A stretch of DNA of 64,000 nucleotides from Desulfovibrio sp. (lineage in GTDB: Bacteria > Desulfobacterota > Desulfovibrionia > Desulfovibrionales > Desulfovibrionaceae). Within the stretch, counting starts at the first letter, position 1, and each line of letters begins with the position of its first letter. Shown piece after piece: positions 34,603 to 44,040 of the stretch. The notes below the pieces were generated by a model, which had not been told where the DNA came from, made no database searches, and saw only the letters and a program-made list of their open reading frames with translations. The translations under genes were made by a program, and so were the position numbers. The stretch lies in the NCBI RefSeq assembly GCF_047607245.1, contig NZ_JASGDK010000070.1, positions 11,610-75,609 of the forward strand. The letters are read 5' to 3'.

Positions 34603-35090
34603 TGCGCTCGCAACGCCCCCCAACCCGGCTTTTTTCGGGCATGTTCAGCGCTTTCTGGGTAGTTGCCCTTCTGGTTGCGACACTGTCCGGCTTGGCCCAT
34701 CTGCCAGTGGCTGTTCGTTACAGCCTGATCAACATAGATAATCAGGCAACCGTATGGCACTACTATGCAGTAGCCTTACTGCTCATGCTTGAGACATATG
34801 CCGTCATTATCTGGTGGGCACAGGGCAGAGGGATGTTTTCCTTTACACGCTGCGGAACTATCCGCACGACGCTGCTTGCTATACTGTCTGTTACCGGGCT
34901 GATTCTTATGCTGCATAACCTGCCTGATGTCGCTGTTTTTGGCCGTGCATACTCGGCCATAAAGCTTTGTCACCTTTTCAGTGGCCTGCTGCTTGTGCCC
35001 ATTCTTCTGGTGCAGTGTTGCCTGCGGCTTGCCGGAAAACCCAGTGCATTGAAAACCTGCACAGCTAAAAAAACTCATCCCCCGGCGTAA
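34599..35090 (+). CDS. Four-helix integral membrane protein, candidate di-haem cytochrome b (FdnI/HybB-small-type) partner
   Basis: ATGA overlap with the FeS gene. Four hydrophobic segments each carry one His (LAHLP, VWHYY, LMLHNL, LCHLF). Confidence 0.55.
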   Translation: MMRSQRPPTRLFSGMFSAFWVVALLVATLSGLAHLPVAVRYSLINIDNQATVWHYYAVALLLMLETYAVIIWWAQGRGMFSFTRCGTIRTTLLAILSVTGLILMLHNLPDVAVFGRAYSAIKLCHLFSGLLLVPILLVQCCLRLAGKPSALKTCTAKKTHPPA

Positions 35091-35416
35091 ACTGCATTGC
35101 AGTTTACTGCCCGAAGGGATGCTGAAGGCCCAGAATAACAGATAAAAATAAATTTTCGACCACGGGAATGCGATCTGATACAGGTCACCCTTAAGTGTCG
35201 ATGTCAGACGGCAGTTCTTCGTTCGATAAAATTGTCGCCGCTATTACCCCACAATGTATGAGACTTTTCGCCTGGCGCGTTTTTACGCCCAACCTGTGGA
35301 GGGTATAATATGCACCACCCGGCTACTGGTCTGACCCCGTCAAGCTGACAGGAGGAAGACCAATAACCGGGGATTCTTGCGGGGGAAGCTGGCGTGCGCA
35401 AACTGGCAAAACCATA

Positions 35417-35452
35417 AATGCAAAAGGGCGGAATCTTCCGCCCTTTTGCATT
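35417..35452. terminator. Strong GC-rich hairpin downstream of argJ (terminator candidate)
   Basis: AATGCAAAAGGGCGG / CCGCCCTTTTGCATT arms with a 6-nt loop. U-rich tracts lie in and after the 3' arm on both strands. Confidence 0.5.
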
Positions 35453-35592
35453 ACACAGACTCGCATTGAGCCTTTTACGCTGAAAATCTGCTTTTTCAGA
35501 ACCAAGAGGAAATTATGAACCTCTTATCCTGCATGCGCTTTACAAAATATATTGAAAGCGCGTCCGTACGGTTCAACTGAACGGCTCGTAAA

Positions 35593-36780
35593 CTATGAAC
35601 GATAGTCCGAGTTAAGCGTCACATATTCATGCCCCAGATCCGAAGCCTTGAAGGTGTATGCTCCCGTTCCGCTGCCAAGCTCGATGTCAACCTGCACGTC
35701 CTTGCCCTTGAGCAGCTCAGCCAGCGCATCTTCCTTGTCTTCATTCACAGGGCACCCCTGCCGGAAGCGCTCTATGCCGCAAAGCTTCATACTGACCTTG
35801 GAAGGGTCAAATTTTGCCCCGCTGTAGCCCACTGCCGTCACAATGCGTCCCCAGTTGGCATCGCCGCCATAGATGGCGGTTTTGACCAGCTGTGAATGCC
35901 CCACGCTGCGGGCCACGAGTTCAGCGTCGGCATCATTGGCTGCACCACTCACTGTAATATGGATAACTTTGCTCGCGCCCTCGCCGTCCTTGACCAGCAT
36001 ATAGGAAACCTGGGCCAGAATGGCCGTCAGGGCCTCTTCGAGCAAGGCCATATCAGCTGTGCTTTGCGCGGCAACACCGGAAGCTCCGTTAGCAAGCCCA
36101 AGGATGGTGTCATTGGTGGAGGTGTCGCCGTCTACACTCACGCGGTTAAAAGTCTTGCCCACGGCACGGCCAAACATGGCCTGCCAGGGGTCGCGCTCCA
36201 CCTGCGCATCAGTAAGGGCGACACACAGCATGGTTGCCATGTTAGGGCAGATCATGCCTGCGCCCTTGGCCATAACCGTCAGGCGAACCGTGCCCCCCGC
36301 CAGCGTGACCTCCCGCATGGCAAACTTGGGAAAGGCATCTGTGGTCATGAAGGAGCGGGTGAAGCCTTCGGCATCTCGAGTGCCGAGGCTTTTTACCAGC
36401 GCAGGCACTGCGTCCACCCAGCGTTCCATCTTGAGGTGCGCCCCGACAACGCCAGTGGAAAGAGGCAGTATTTCATCGACCGCCAGCCCCGTGAGCCCGG
36501 CAACCATGCTTTGGGTCGCGCGGCAGTTGGCAAGGCCTTCGTCGCCAGTGCAGGCATTGGCCTGCCCGGCGTTGGCAAGTACAGCCCGCACTGTGCCAGA
36601 GCGGTTCAGTATTTCCTGACAGGCCAGCACGGGAGCGGCCTTGAAGAGATTTTGGGTAAACATGCCAGCCAGCACTGCGGGCGTGTCTGAAACTATGAGA
36701 CCAAGATCGTCCCGTCCAGCTTTCTTGAAATTGGCTGCAGCGGCTCCGGCCCTGAAACCCTTAGGCAAATCGTTCTGCAT
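35593..36780 (-). CDS. argJ: Bifunctional glutamate N-acetyltransferase / amino-acid acetyltransferase ArgJ
   Basis: GFRAGAAAANFKK..., autoproteolytic site context ...MATMLCV... and VDGDTSTND. ATG 36780 has an AGGAGA RBS. The track start 37170 is over-extended by 130 aa. Confidence 0.9.
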   Translation of the reverse strand: MQNDLPKGFRAGAAAANFKKAGRDDLGLIVSDTPAVLAGMFTQNLFKAAPVLACQEILNRSGTVRAVLANAGQANACTGDEGLANCRATQSMVAGLTGLAVDEILPLSTGVVGAHLKMERWVDAVPALVKSLGTRDAEGFTRSFMTTDAFPKFAMREVTLAGGTVRLTVMAKGAGMICPNMATMLCVALTDAQVERDPWQAMFGRAVGKTFNRVSVDGDTSTNDTILGLANGASGVAAQSTADMALLEEALTAILAQVSYMLVKDGEGASKVIHITVSGAANDADAELVARSVGHSQLVKTAIYGGDANWGRIVTAVGYSGAKFDPSKVSMKLCGIERFRQGCPVNEDKEDALAELLKGKDVQVDIELGSGTGAYTFKASDLGHEYVTLNSDYRS

Positions 36781-37311
36781 GGCGCTCTCCTGAAAGTATG
36801 CCGTCCGCATTTGCTCCGGGCGCACGACCCTGCCTGCGGCTATGATGTACCGTACTTGATGCGGGGCATGGCCCGCGCCTGTTCCGTCAGATACCTTCTC
36901 ACTGAAAGTATCTCTTTTCAATATCTTCTGAACGCCTGTCCCCATTGAAAAGTCGAACCGCTTCCAAAAACTGTAATGGCGCAGCCACATGGTCGCGCGC
37001 CCGCGTTGTTTGGCATGGTGCGTGCGGGCCTGCTCCATTGCCGCTTCCCTGACACCTCGAAGCTGCCAGGCTCCAAGAAAGCACAAGCAATTTTCCAATG
37101 GCTCACCAATGCTAGGCAGCGCTGGCCTAGGGCTTCTGCACGCATAGTTGTCAGGGCAGCAGTGAAGCAAACTCAGCCAAAACCAAGGGGAAGGAATCTC
37201 GCCTATCAGCCAGATGTCCTTCCCCTGTCTTCGTCCCTGTGGAATGGCAAAGCCAGCCCGGTCACGAAGGTCACGGGCCGACGCACCAAGATGCGCCGGC
37301 CCGTCTGATGC

Positions 37312-39405
37312 CTATGTTCTGCTCTTCTGAATTTCGTCAGAAATGGCCTGGGGCACCTTTTCGTAATGATCAAACTGCATGGTGAAGGTGGCGCGGCCCT
37401 GAGTGCGCGAACGCAGGTCAGTGGCATAGCCGAACATGGAGGACAGCGGCACCTGGGCGCGCACGCTCTGTGCGCCGCCAGCGCGGGCTTCCATGCTCTG
37501 CACGCGGCCACGGCGGCCATTGAGGTCGCCCATGACGTCGCCGAGGTATTCTTCAGGCGTAACTACTTCCACGTCCATGATGGGTTCCAGCAGCACAGGG
37601 CCAGCCTTGTGCATGCCGTCCTTGATGGCCATAGAACCAGCCACGTAGAAGGCCTGTTCCGAAGAGTCAACTTCGTGGTAGGAGCCGAAGACCAGCTTGA
37701 CCTTCACGTCAACCACAGGGAAGCCAGCCATAACGCCGGACTTCAGGGCGTCATTGATGCCCTTGTCCACCGCGGGGATGTATTCCTTGGGAATAACGCC
37801 GCCGGTGATGCCGTTGATGAACTCATAGCCCTTGCCCGGGTTGGGCTCAATCTCGATAACGACGTGACCGTACTGGCCGCGACCACCGGACTGCTTGGCG
37901 TGTTTGAGGTCAGACTTGGCAGGCTTGGAAATGGTTTCGCGGTACGCAACCTGGGGCTTGCCCACGTTGGCGTTGACGCCGAATTCACGGGTCAGACGGT
38001 CAACGATGATTTCCAGATGCAGTTCGCCCATACCGGCGATAAGGGTCTGGTTGGTTTCTTCGTCGCCCTTGACGCGGAAAGAGGGGTCTTCCTTGGCCAG
38101 CTTGTTGAGAGCGGCGGAAAGAGCGTCACGGTCGGGCTTGGTCTTGGGCTCAATGGCCACTTCGATGACAGGCTCGGGGATATTCAGGGATTCCAGAATA
38201 ACCGGGCGCTTTTCATCGCACAGGGTGTCGCCTGTGGAGGCATTTTTGAGGCCCACCAGAGCCACGATGTCGCCAGCGCCAGCCCATTTCACGTCTTCAC
38301 GCTTGTTGGCGTGCATCTTGAGGATACGGCCAATGCGCTCGCGCTTGCTGGTGTTGGAATTGTACACCGTCATGCCGGATTCGAGGAAGCCGGAATAAAT
38401 ACGGAAGAAGGACAGATGGCCGATGAAGGGGTCGGAGAAAAGCTTGAACACCAGACCGGCAAAGGGTTCTTTGTCGTTGCAGCTGCATTCAATGATCTCG
38501 TCTTCCTTGCCGGGCACGTGGCCGGGCATGGGCGGGATGTCCACAGGGGAAGGCAGGTAATCGACCACAGCGTCCAACAGGGGCTGCACGCCCATGTTGC
38601 GGAAGGCGGAACCGCACATGACGGGCACGATGGTACGGGCGATGGTGGCCTTGCGGATGCAGGAAATGATTTCCTCTTCCGTCAGGGTTTCACCGCTCAG
38701 GTACTTTTCGAGCAACACTTCGTCTTCTTCGGCAACGGCTTCCACCATTTCGTGGTGCTTTTCTTCATAAAGTTCCATCATGTCGGCGGGCACGCCTTCA
38801 ATGACAAACTCGGCGCCCTTGCTGGACTTGTCAAAGCGAATGGCCTTGCCAGTCACCAGGTCGACCACGCCTTCAAACTTGTCTTCAGCGCCGATGGGCA
38901 GCTGCAGGGGCACGGCCTTGGCACCCAGACGGTCGTGGATCATGCCCACGCAACGGAAGAAGTTGGCACCCAGACGGTCCATCTTGTTCACGAAGCAGAT
39001 ACGGGGCACGTGGTAGCGGTCAGCCTGACGCCACACGGTTTCAGACTGGGGCTCAACGCCGGCAACGGCGTCAAACACGCAGACTGCGCCGTCGAGTACG
39101 CGCAGGGAGCGTTCGACTTCAATGGTGAAGTCCACGTGACCGGGCGTGTCGATGATGTTGATGCGGCAGTCTTTCCAGAAGCAAGTGGTGGCAGCGGAGG
39201 TAATGGTGATGCCACGCTCCTGTTCCTGCTCCATCCAGTCCATGGTGGCCTGGCCTTCGTGCGTTTCACCAATCTTGTGGTTAACGCCGGTATAAAAAAG
39301 AATGCGCTCGGTGGTGGTGGTCTTGCCGGCGTCAATATGGGCCATAATGCCGATATTGCGCTGTTTGTTTACAGGAACGGTGCGGGACACAGGGTTATCC
39401 TCCAT
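37312..39405 (-). CDS. fusA: Translation elongation factor G
   Basis: GTPase motifs [14 protein letters not shown] and NKMD, with full-length EF-G architecture. Confidence 0.95.
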   Translation of the reverse strand: MEDNPVSRTVPVNKQRNIGIMAHIDAGKTTTTERILFYTGVNHKIGETHEGQATMDWMEQEQERGITITSAATTCFWKDCRINIIDTPGHVDFTIEVERSLRVLDGAVCVFDAVAGVEPQSETVWRQADRYHVPRICFVNKMDRLGANFFRCVGMIHDRLGAKAVPLQLPIGAEDKFEGVVDLVTGKAIRFDKSSKGAEFVIEGVPADMMELYEEKHHEMVEAVAEEDEVLLEKYLSGETLTEEEIISCIRKATIARTIVPVMCGSAFRNMGVQPLLDAVVDYLPSPVDIPPMPGHVPGKEDEIIECSCNDKEPFAGLVFKLFSDPFIGHLSFFRIYSGFLESGMTVYNSNTSKRERIGRILKMHANKREDVKWAGAGDIVALVGLKNASTGDTLCDEKRPVILESLNIPEPVIEVAIEPKTKPDRDALSAALNKLAKEDPSFRVKGDEETNQTLIAGMGELHLEIIVDRLTREFGVNANVGKPQVAYRETISKPAKSDLKHAKQSGGRGQYGHVVIEIEPNPGKGYEFINGITGGVIPKEYIPAVDKGINDALKSGVMAGFPVVDVKVKLVFGSYHEVDSSEQAFYVAGSMAIKDGMHKAGPVLLEPIMDVEVVTPEEYLGDVMGDLNGRRGRVQSMEARAGGAQSVRAQVPLSSMFGYATDLRSRTQGRATFTMQFDHYEKVPQAISDEIQKSRT

Positions 39406-39493
39406 ACTGCGGATGCGGTGTGGTGCAAAACCGACGCCGCTTCCTTACGGATGCGGCGTCGGGATACATTCATGAGAAAATAGGGACGGCCTC

Positions 39494-39964
39494 TTACCAG
39501 CGGTAATGAGAGAAGGCCTTGTTGGCATCAGCCATACGGTGGGTATCTTCGCGCTTCTTCACCGCGCCACCGCGCCCGTTGAAAGCATCCAGCAGTTCGG
39601 CGGAAAGTTTGGCAGTCATGCCCTTTTCGCCGCGCGAGCGGGCATAGTTGATGAGCCACCGGATAGACAGGGAAACCTGACGTTCGGGGCGCACTTCCAT
39701 AGGAACCTGATAGGTCGCACCGCCAACGCGGCGAGCCTTGACTTCCATATGGGGCTTAACGTTATCCAGGGCCTTTTCAAAGGCGCGCATGGGATCTTCG
39801 CTGGTCTTTTCGGCCAGGGTTTCCAAAGCGCTGTAGAAAATCTTTTCAGCTGCGCCCTTTTTGCCGTCATACATGAGGCGGTTCACGACCTTGGTGACGA
39901 GACGGCTGGAGTAAATTGGATCGGGCAGCACTTCCCTTTTGGGAACAGGACCTTTACGGGGCAT
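39494..39964 (-). CDS. rpsG: 30S ribosomal protein S7
   Basis: [18 protein letters not shown]... is a canonical S7 sequence. Confidence 0.95.
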   Translation of the reverse strand: MPRKGPVPKREVLPDPIYSSRLVTKVVNRLMYDGKKGAAEKIFYSALETLAEKTSEDPMRAFEKALDNVKPHMEVKARRVGGATYQVPMEVRPERQVSLSIRWLINYARSRGEKGMTAKLSAELLDAFNGRGGAVKKREDTHRMADANKAFSHYRW

Positions 39965-40078
39965 GGGGTTTCTCCTTCATGCGGGTTTCGGCGTCACCAA
40001 CCCCGCAACGCGCCGGCGCTCCGCAATAACGGGCGGCCAGGCGCGCCGCATGGCGCACGCCGTACAATTGATAAAACC

Positions 40079-40450
40079 TTATTTGGGACGCTTGGCGCCG
40101 TACTTGGAACGACTCTTGCGACGATCGGCCACACCGGAGGTATCCAGGGTACCGCGTACGATGTGGTAACGCACACCGGGCAAGTCTTTTACACGACCGC
40201 CGCGGATGATGACCACGGAGTGTTCCTGAAGGTTGTGACCTTCACCGGGGATGTAAGCCGTAACTTCAATGCCGTTGGTCAGGCGCACGCGGGCAACCTT
40301 ACGCAGAGCGGAGTTAGGCTTTTTAGGGGTGGTGGTGTAAACGCGGGTGCAAACACCACGACGCTGCGGGCAGGCCTGCAGGGCGGGGGTCTTCTTGCGT
40401 TTCAGCACGGCCTTCCGCTCAATGCGGATAAGCTGGTTAATAGTGGGCAT
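40079..40450 (-). CDS. rpsL: 30S ribosomal protein S12
   Basis: MPTINQLIR...[16 protein letters not shown] is a canonical S12 sequence. Confidence 0.95.
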   Translation of the reverse strand: MPTINQLIRIERKAVLKRKKTPALQACPQRRGVCTRVYTTTPKKPNSALRKVARVRLTNGIEVTAYIPGEGHNLQEHSVVIIRGGRVKDLPGVRYHIVRGTLDTSGVADRRKSRSKYGAKRPK

Positions 40451-40503
40451 TCTTTCTCTCCATATTGGAATATTACTCTAAACTAAATCCTAAAAGAGGA
40501 CAG

Positions 40504-40532
40504 GTCATAGCCTGCCTGCCGGGAACTGTCAA
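40504..40532 (-). promoter_or_regulatory. Candidate sigma70 promoter of the rpsL-rpsG-fusA operon
   Basis: On the minus strand: TTGACA (40532-40527), a 17-nt spacer, then TATGAC (40509-40504), about 55 nt upstream of the rpsL ATG. Confidence 0.35.
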
Positions 40533-40615
40533 TAGCTCCACAGCATTGAATGCCGTGGATTTCTTTCTGACAAAGCAGAAAAACATGTTTTTGCAGCCTG
40601 TTGCCGCCAGTCAAT

Positions 40616-40960
40616 TTAATGTGGCATAGACCCTGAAAAAAAATGTATGACAAGAACGCCTATGACAATGAGGCCAAGGCCAAGGCAGGCGGCCATGTCC
40701 AGCTTTTGCCCAAAGAGGGCCAAACCCATAACCGAAACAATGACAATGCCGATGCCGCTCCAGATGCCGTATGATATGCCCATAGGCACCACCCTGAGCA
40801 CCTGCGCCAGCAGGTAGAACGAGATGCCGTATCCGCTCAGAGCAGCCACGGTGGGCACAATGCGGCTCATACCGTTAGACTGCTTAAGGCAGGCCGTGGC
40901 CACCACTTCAAGCAGGATGGCGCCGCCCAGTTGCAAATAGGCTATATTGGCGGGACTCAT
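40616..40960 (-). CDS. SMR-family small multidrug / guanidinium-type efflux protein (EmrE/SugE-like)
   Basis: 114 aa with four TM helices and the conserved membrane-embedded Glu in helix 1 (GAILLEVVAT). Confidence 0.85.
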   Translation of the reverse strand: MSPANIAYLQLGGAILLEVVATACLKQSNGMSRIVPTVAALSGYGISFYLLAQVLRVVPMGISYGIWSGIGIVIVSVMGLALFGQKLDMAACLGLGLIVIGVLVIHFFSGSMPH

Positions 40961-41335
40961 ACTTCACTCTCTCACAGGCAGAGTCTGACACGATCCGGGT
41001 TACAGAATTCTGACAATCCACAAACTTTTACAAGCCATGCGTTGGTCAGGGCAGAACAATTTTGCTGAAACCACAGGCGAACTGTTTAACACGCCCGCTA
41101 CAACATTTGTCCGCGCCATAAAACGCCGAACTGTCCTTACGGCAACCGTTGCCTTACAAGGCTGGAAGCTGCGAATGGCTACAACATCACCTGTAAAGCT
41201 GGCCTTGACGCGCCAGCTACGACCACTCCATAGCTTGTGACAAGAACGGGGAAAGGGGTTCGCAAGGGCAGCCCCGGCGGCTTTGCCGCAGGGATGGCCT
41301 CGCTCCCCCTTCCCGTAATGTTTTATCTGCCAGGG

Positions 41336-44002
41336 TTATTCTTCGCTCAAGGCCTCGGCAAAACGGGCGCGCAGCGCCTCCAGCTTGGCCTTGGCATCCA
41401 GCAGCTTTCCGGCGCGCTCACGCTCACGCTCAACCACATCGGCGGGCGCGCGGCTCACAAAGCTTTCATTGCTGAGCTTCATATTAACGCCGACAATGTC
41501 TTTTTCAAGCTTGGTCAGCTCTTTGTCCAGACGAACCAGTTCACCGTTGAGGTCCACGGCTCCGCGCAGGGGCACGATAACCTGGCAGCCCTCAACCACA
41601 GCCGAGGCCGAAGCCTTGGGCGCAGACACGTCAGCCCCGACGGTAAGCCCGTCAAGGCGGGCCAGGGTGAGCACAAGGTCGCGGTTTTCTTCCAGCAGGC
41701 TCTGCTGGGCCGCGTCCACCGGATGCAGCATCAGGCTGACGCGGTGTGCGGGGCTGATGCCCAGTTCGGCCTTGATGGTGCGAACGGCTACGATCACGCC
41801 CTGGATAAGCTCCATACTGGCGGCTTCTGCAGGCCGCACGCAGGCGGGACGCAGCACCGGATAAAGCTCGCGGGCCAGATCAGTGGCCTTTTCGCCAGCA
41901 GGCACTGGCAGCGCGGCCCATATTTCGGCGGTTACAAAGGGCATGATGGGGTGCAGCAGCAAGAGAATTTCACGCAGGGCCACCCACAGCACATACTGGG
42001 CCGCGGCCTTGCGCTGCTCGTCCTCGCTGTACATATCGGGCTTGATCAGTTCAAGATACCAGTCGCAGAACTCGTTCCACAGGAACTTGTAACCAATCTG
42101 GGCCGCGTCATTAAAGCGGTAGTCCGTGAGGGCCTGATCCATTTCCAGCTTGACCATCTCGAGCCTGTGCAGCAGCCATTGGTGGTGCAGCCCCTGAACG
42201 CTGCCAAGGTCCACATGGGCCGGAGCTTCTTCAGGCAGGTTCATGAGCGCGAAGCGGGCCGCGTTCCAGAGCTTGTTGACAAAGTGGCGGTAGCCTTCGA
42301 TGCGTTCTTCGGAAAGGCGGATGTCGCGCCCCATAGCCGCAAAGGCCGTGAGGGTGAAACGCAGGGAGTCGCAGCCGTACTTGTCGATCATTTCCAGCGG
42401 ATTGATGACGTTGCCCGTGGACTTGGACATCTTGCGGCCAGAAGCGTCGCGCACCAGCGCATGCAGATACACGTCGGCAAAGGGCGGCTTGCCCATAAAG
42501 TGGATGCCCATCATCATCATGCGGGCCACCCAGAAGAACAGGATGTCAAAGCCGGTCACCAGCACGGACGTGGGGTACCAGCGGTGCAGTTCTTTAGTAT
42601 CGGAAGGCCAGCCCATAGTGGAGAAAGGCCAGAGCGCCGACGAGAACCAGGTGTCCAGCACGTCCTCATCCTGCTTGAGGCTGGCGCTGCCGCAGTGGGG
42701 GCAGACGTCCGGGGCTTCTTCGGCAACGATAAGCTGACTGCACGCCTCGCAGGTCCAGGCGGGAATGCGGTGCCCCCACCAGATCTGGCGGCTGATGCAC
42801 CAGTCGCGGATGTTGTCCAGCCAGTGATTGTACGTCTTGAGCCAGTTTTCAGGCAAGATACGGGTCGTTTCGGGCACGGCGTCGCGGGCAGCAGGGGCCA
42901 TCTTGGTGGCGGCCACAAACCATTGGGTAGACACGTGGGGTTCCACAACCGTATGGCAGCGGTAGCAATGACCCACGGCGTGGTCCAGTTCCTCGATGCC
43001 TTCAAGCTGTCCGGCGGCTTCAATGTCGGCCACGATTTTTTCGCGGCAGGCTTCCTTGGTCAGACCTTCATAAATTCCGGCTTCGGCCTTCATGATGCCG
43101 TTTTCGTCAATGGCCTGAATAAAGAGCAGATCGTGCTTTTTGCCGAGCATCCAGTCGTTGTGGTCGTGGCTGGGCGTCACCTTGAGCGCGCCCGTGCCGA
43201 ACTCGCGGTCCACATAGGTATCGGCAATAATGGGAATTTCGCGTCCGAGCACAGGCACCAGCGCCGTCTTGCCTATCATGTGGGCGTAGCGCTCGTCTTC
43301 GGGGTGCACGCAGATGGCCGTGTCACCGGGGATGGTTTCAGGCCGCGTGGTGGCGATGGTGATGGAACCGGAGCCATCTGTCAGAAGGTAGCGCACCTTC
43401 CAGAGTTTGCCCCTGCTCTGCTCGTGTTCCACTTCGTCATCGGCCAGAGCCGTATGGCAGCGGGAGCACCAGTTGATGATATAATCGCCCTTATAAATAA
43501 GGTCTTCGTTGTAAAGCTGCACAAAAACCTTGCGCACGGCGGCGGAAAGGCCTTCGTCCATCGTGAAGCGCAGGCGCGACCAGTCGACGGAAGCACCCAG
43601 CGCGCGTATCTGGTCAAGAATGCGGTGGCCGTAGTCTTCACGCCATTCCCACACGCGGTCGATGAAAGCCTCACGGCCAAGGTCCTTGCGACCCTTGCCT
43701 TCCTTGGCCAGAGCGCGCTCAACCACGTTCTGCGTGGCAATGCCCGCGTGGTCGGTGCCGGGCACCCACAGCACATTTTTGCCCTTCTGTCGGGCATGAC
43801 GGCAAAGCACGTCGATAAGCGTAACGTTGAGGGCGTGGCCGATGTGCAGCGCGCCCGTGACGTTGGGCGGCGGAATAACTATGGAATAAGGCTCGCCAGG
43901 GGCGTCCGGGTCAGGCGTGAAGGTCTTGTCTTCTTCCCAGTGTTTGCACCACCGGGCTTCCACGTCATGGGGCTCATAGCCCTTGGGGAGAGTATCCGCC
44001 AT
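41336..44002 (-). CDS. valS: Valyl-tRNA synthetase
   Basis: HIGH motif (PNVTGALHIGHALN), KMSKS, a CP1 editing-domain insert and a C-terminal coiled coil. Confidence 0.95.
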   Translation of the reverse strand: MADTLPKGYEPHDVEARWCKHWEEDKTFTPDPDAPGEPYSIVIPPPNVTGALHIGHALNVTLIDVLCRHARQKGKNVLWVPGTDHAGIATQNVVERALAKEGKGRKDLGREAFIDRVWEWREDYGHRILDQIRALGASVDWSRLRFTMDEGLSAAVRKVFVQLYNEDLIYKGDYIINWCSRCHTALADDEVEHEQSRGKLWKVRYLLTDGSGSITIATTRPETIPGDTAICVHPEDERYAHMIGKTALVPVLGREIPIIADTYVDREFGTGALKVTPSHDHNDWMLGKKHDLLFIQAIDENGIMKAEAGIYEGLTKEACREKIVADIEAAGQLEGIEELDHAVGHCYRCHTVVEPHVSTQWFVAATKMAPAARDAVPETTRILPENWLKTYNHWLDNIRDWCISRQIWWGHRIPAWTCEACSQLIVAEEAPDVCPHCGSASLKQDEDVLDTWFSSALWPFSTMGWPSDTKELHRWYPTSVLVTGFDILFFWVARMMMMGIHFMGKPPFADVYLHALVRDASGRKMSKSTGNVINPLEMIDKYGCDSLRFTLTAFAAMGRDIRLSEERIEGYRHFVNKLWNAARFALMNLPEEAPAHVDLGSVQGLHHQWLLHRLEMVKLEMDQALTDYRFNDAAQIGYKFLWNEFCDWYLELIKPDMYSEDEQRKAAAQYVLWVALREILLLLHPIMPFVTAEIWAALPVPAGEKATDLARELYPVLRPACVRPAEAASMELIQGVIVAVRTIKAELGISPAHRVSLMLHPVDAAQQSLLEENRDLVLTLARLDGLTVGADVSAPKASASAVVEGCQVIVPLRGAVDLNGELVRLDKELTKLEKDIVGVNMKLSNESFVSRAPADVVERERERAGKLLDAKAKLEALRARFAEALSEE

Positions 44003-44040
44003 CTTGCATTCTCCGTAAAAGGCGGCAATAGTGCAGCACT

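Noticed and set aside
37366-39483. 705-aa ORF on the plus strand opposite fusA. Similar long antisense ORFs lie opposite other genes: 41237-44161 (valS), 16470-18404 (the AsnB-like gene), 45686-47092 (lipB/lipA), 22466-23752 (the AOS), 21098-22411 and 18698-19405 (the GT4 genes), 8696-9670 (the aldolase), 15356-16513 (htpX), 58020-58988, 62344-63366, 54297-55304, 28684-29406 and 29425-30126.
   Set aside because: These are typical shadow ORFs of a GC-rich genome. Each lies exactly antisense to a gene with unmistakable conserved motifs. Their translations are Arg/Gly/His/Ala-rich, lack any recognisable motif and have no RBS.
40961-41335. I searched the region upstream of the SMR (EmrE/SugE-like) gene for guanidine-I, -II or -III riboswitches, which often control such exporters.
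   Set aside because: I found no pair of ACGR-loop hairpins and no ykkC-III-like CCGGACG...CAGGACA pattern. GGCAACGGTTGCC (near 41139-41151 on the plus strand) has only a 3-nt loop and no partner hairpin. An Infernal scan would settle this.
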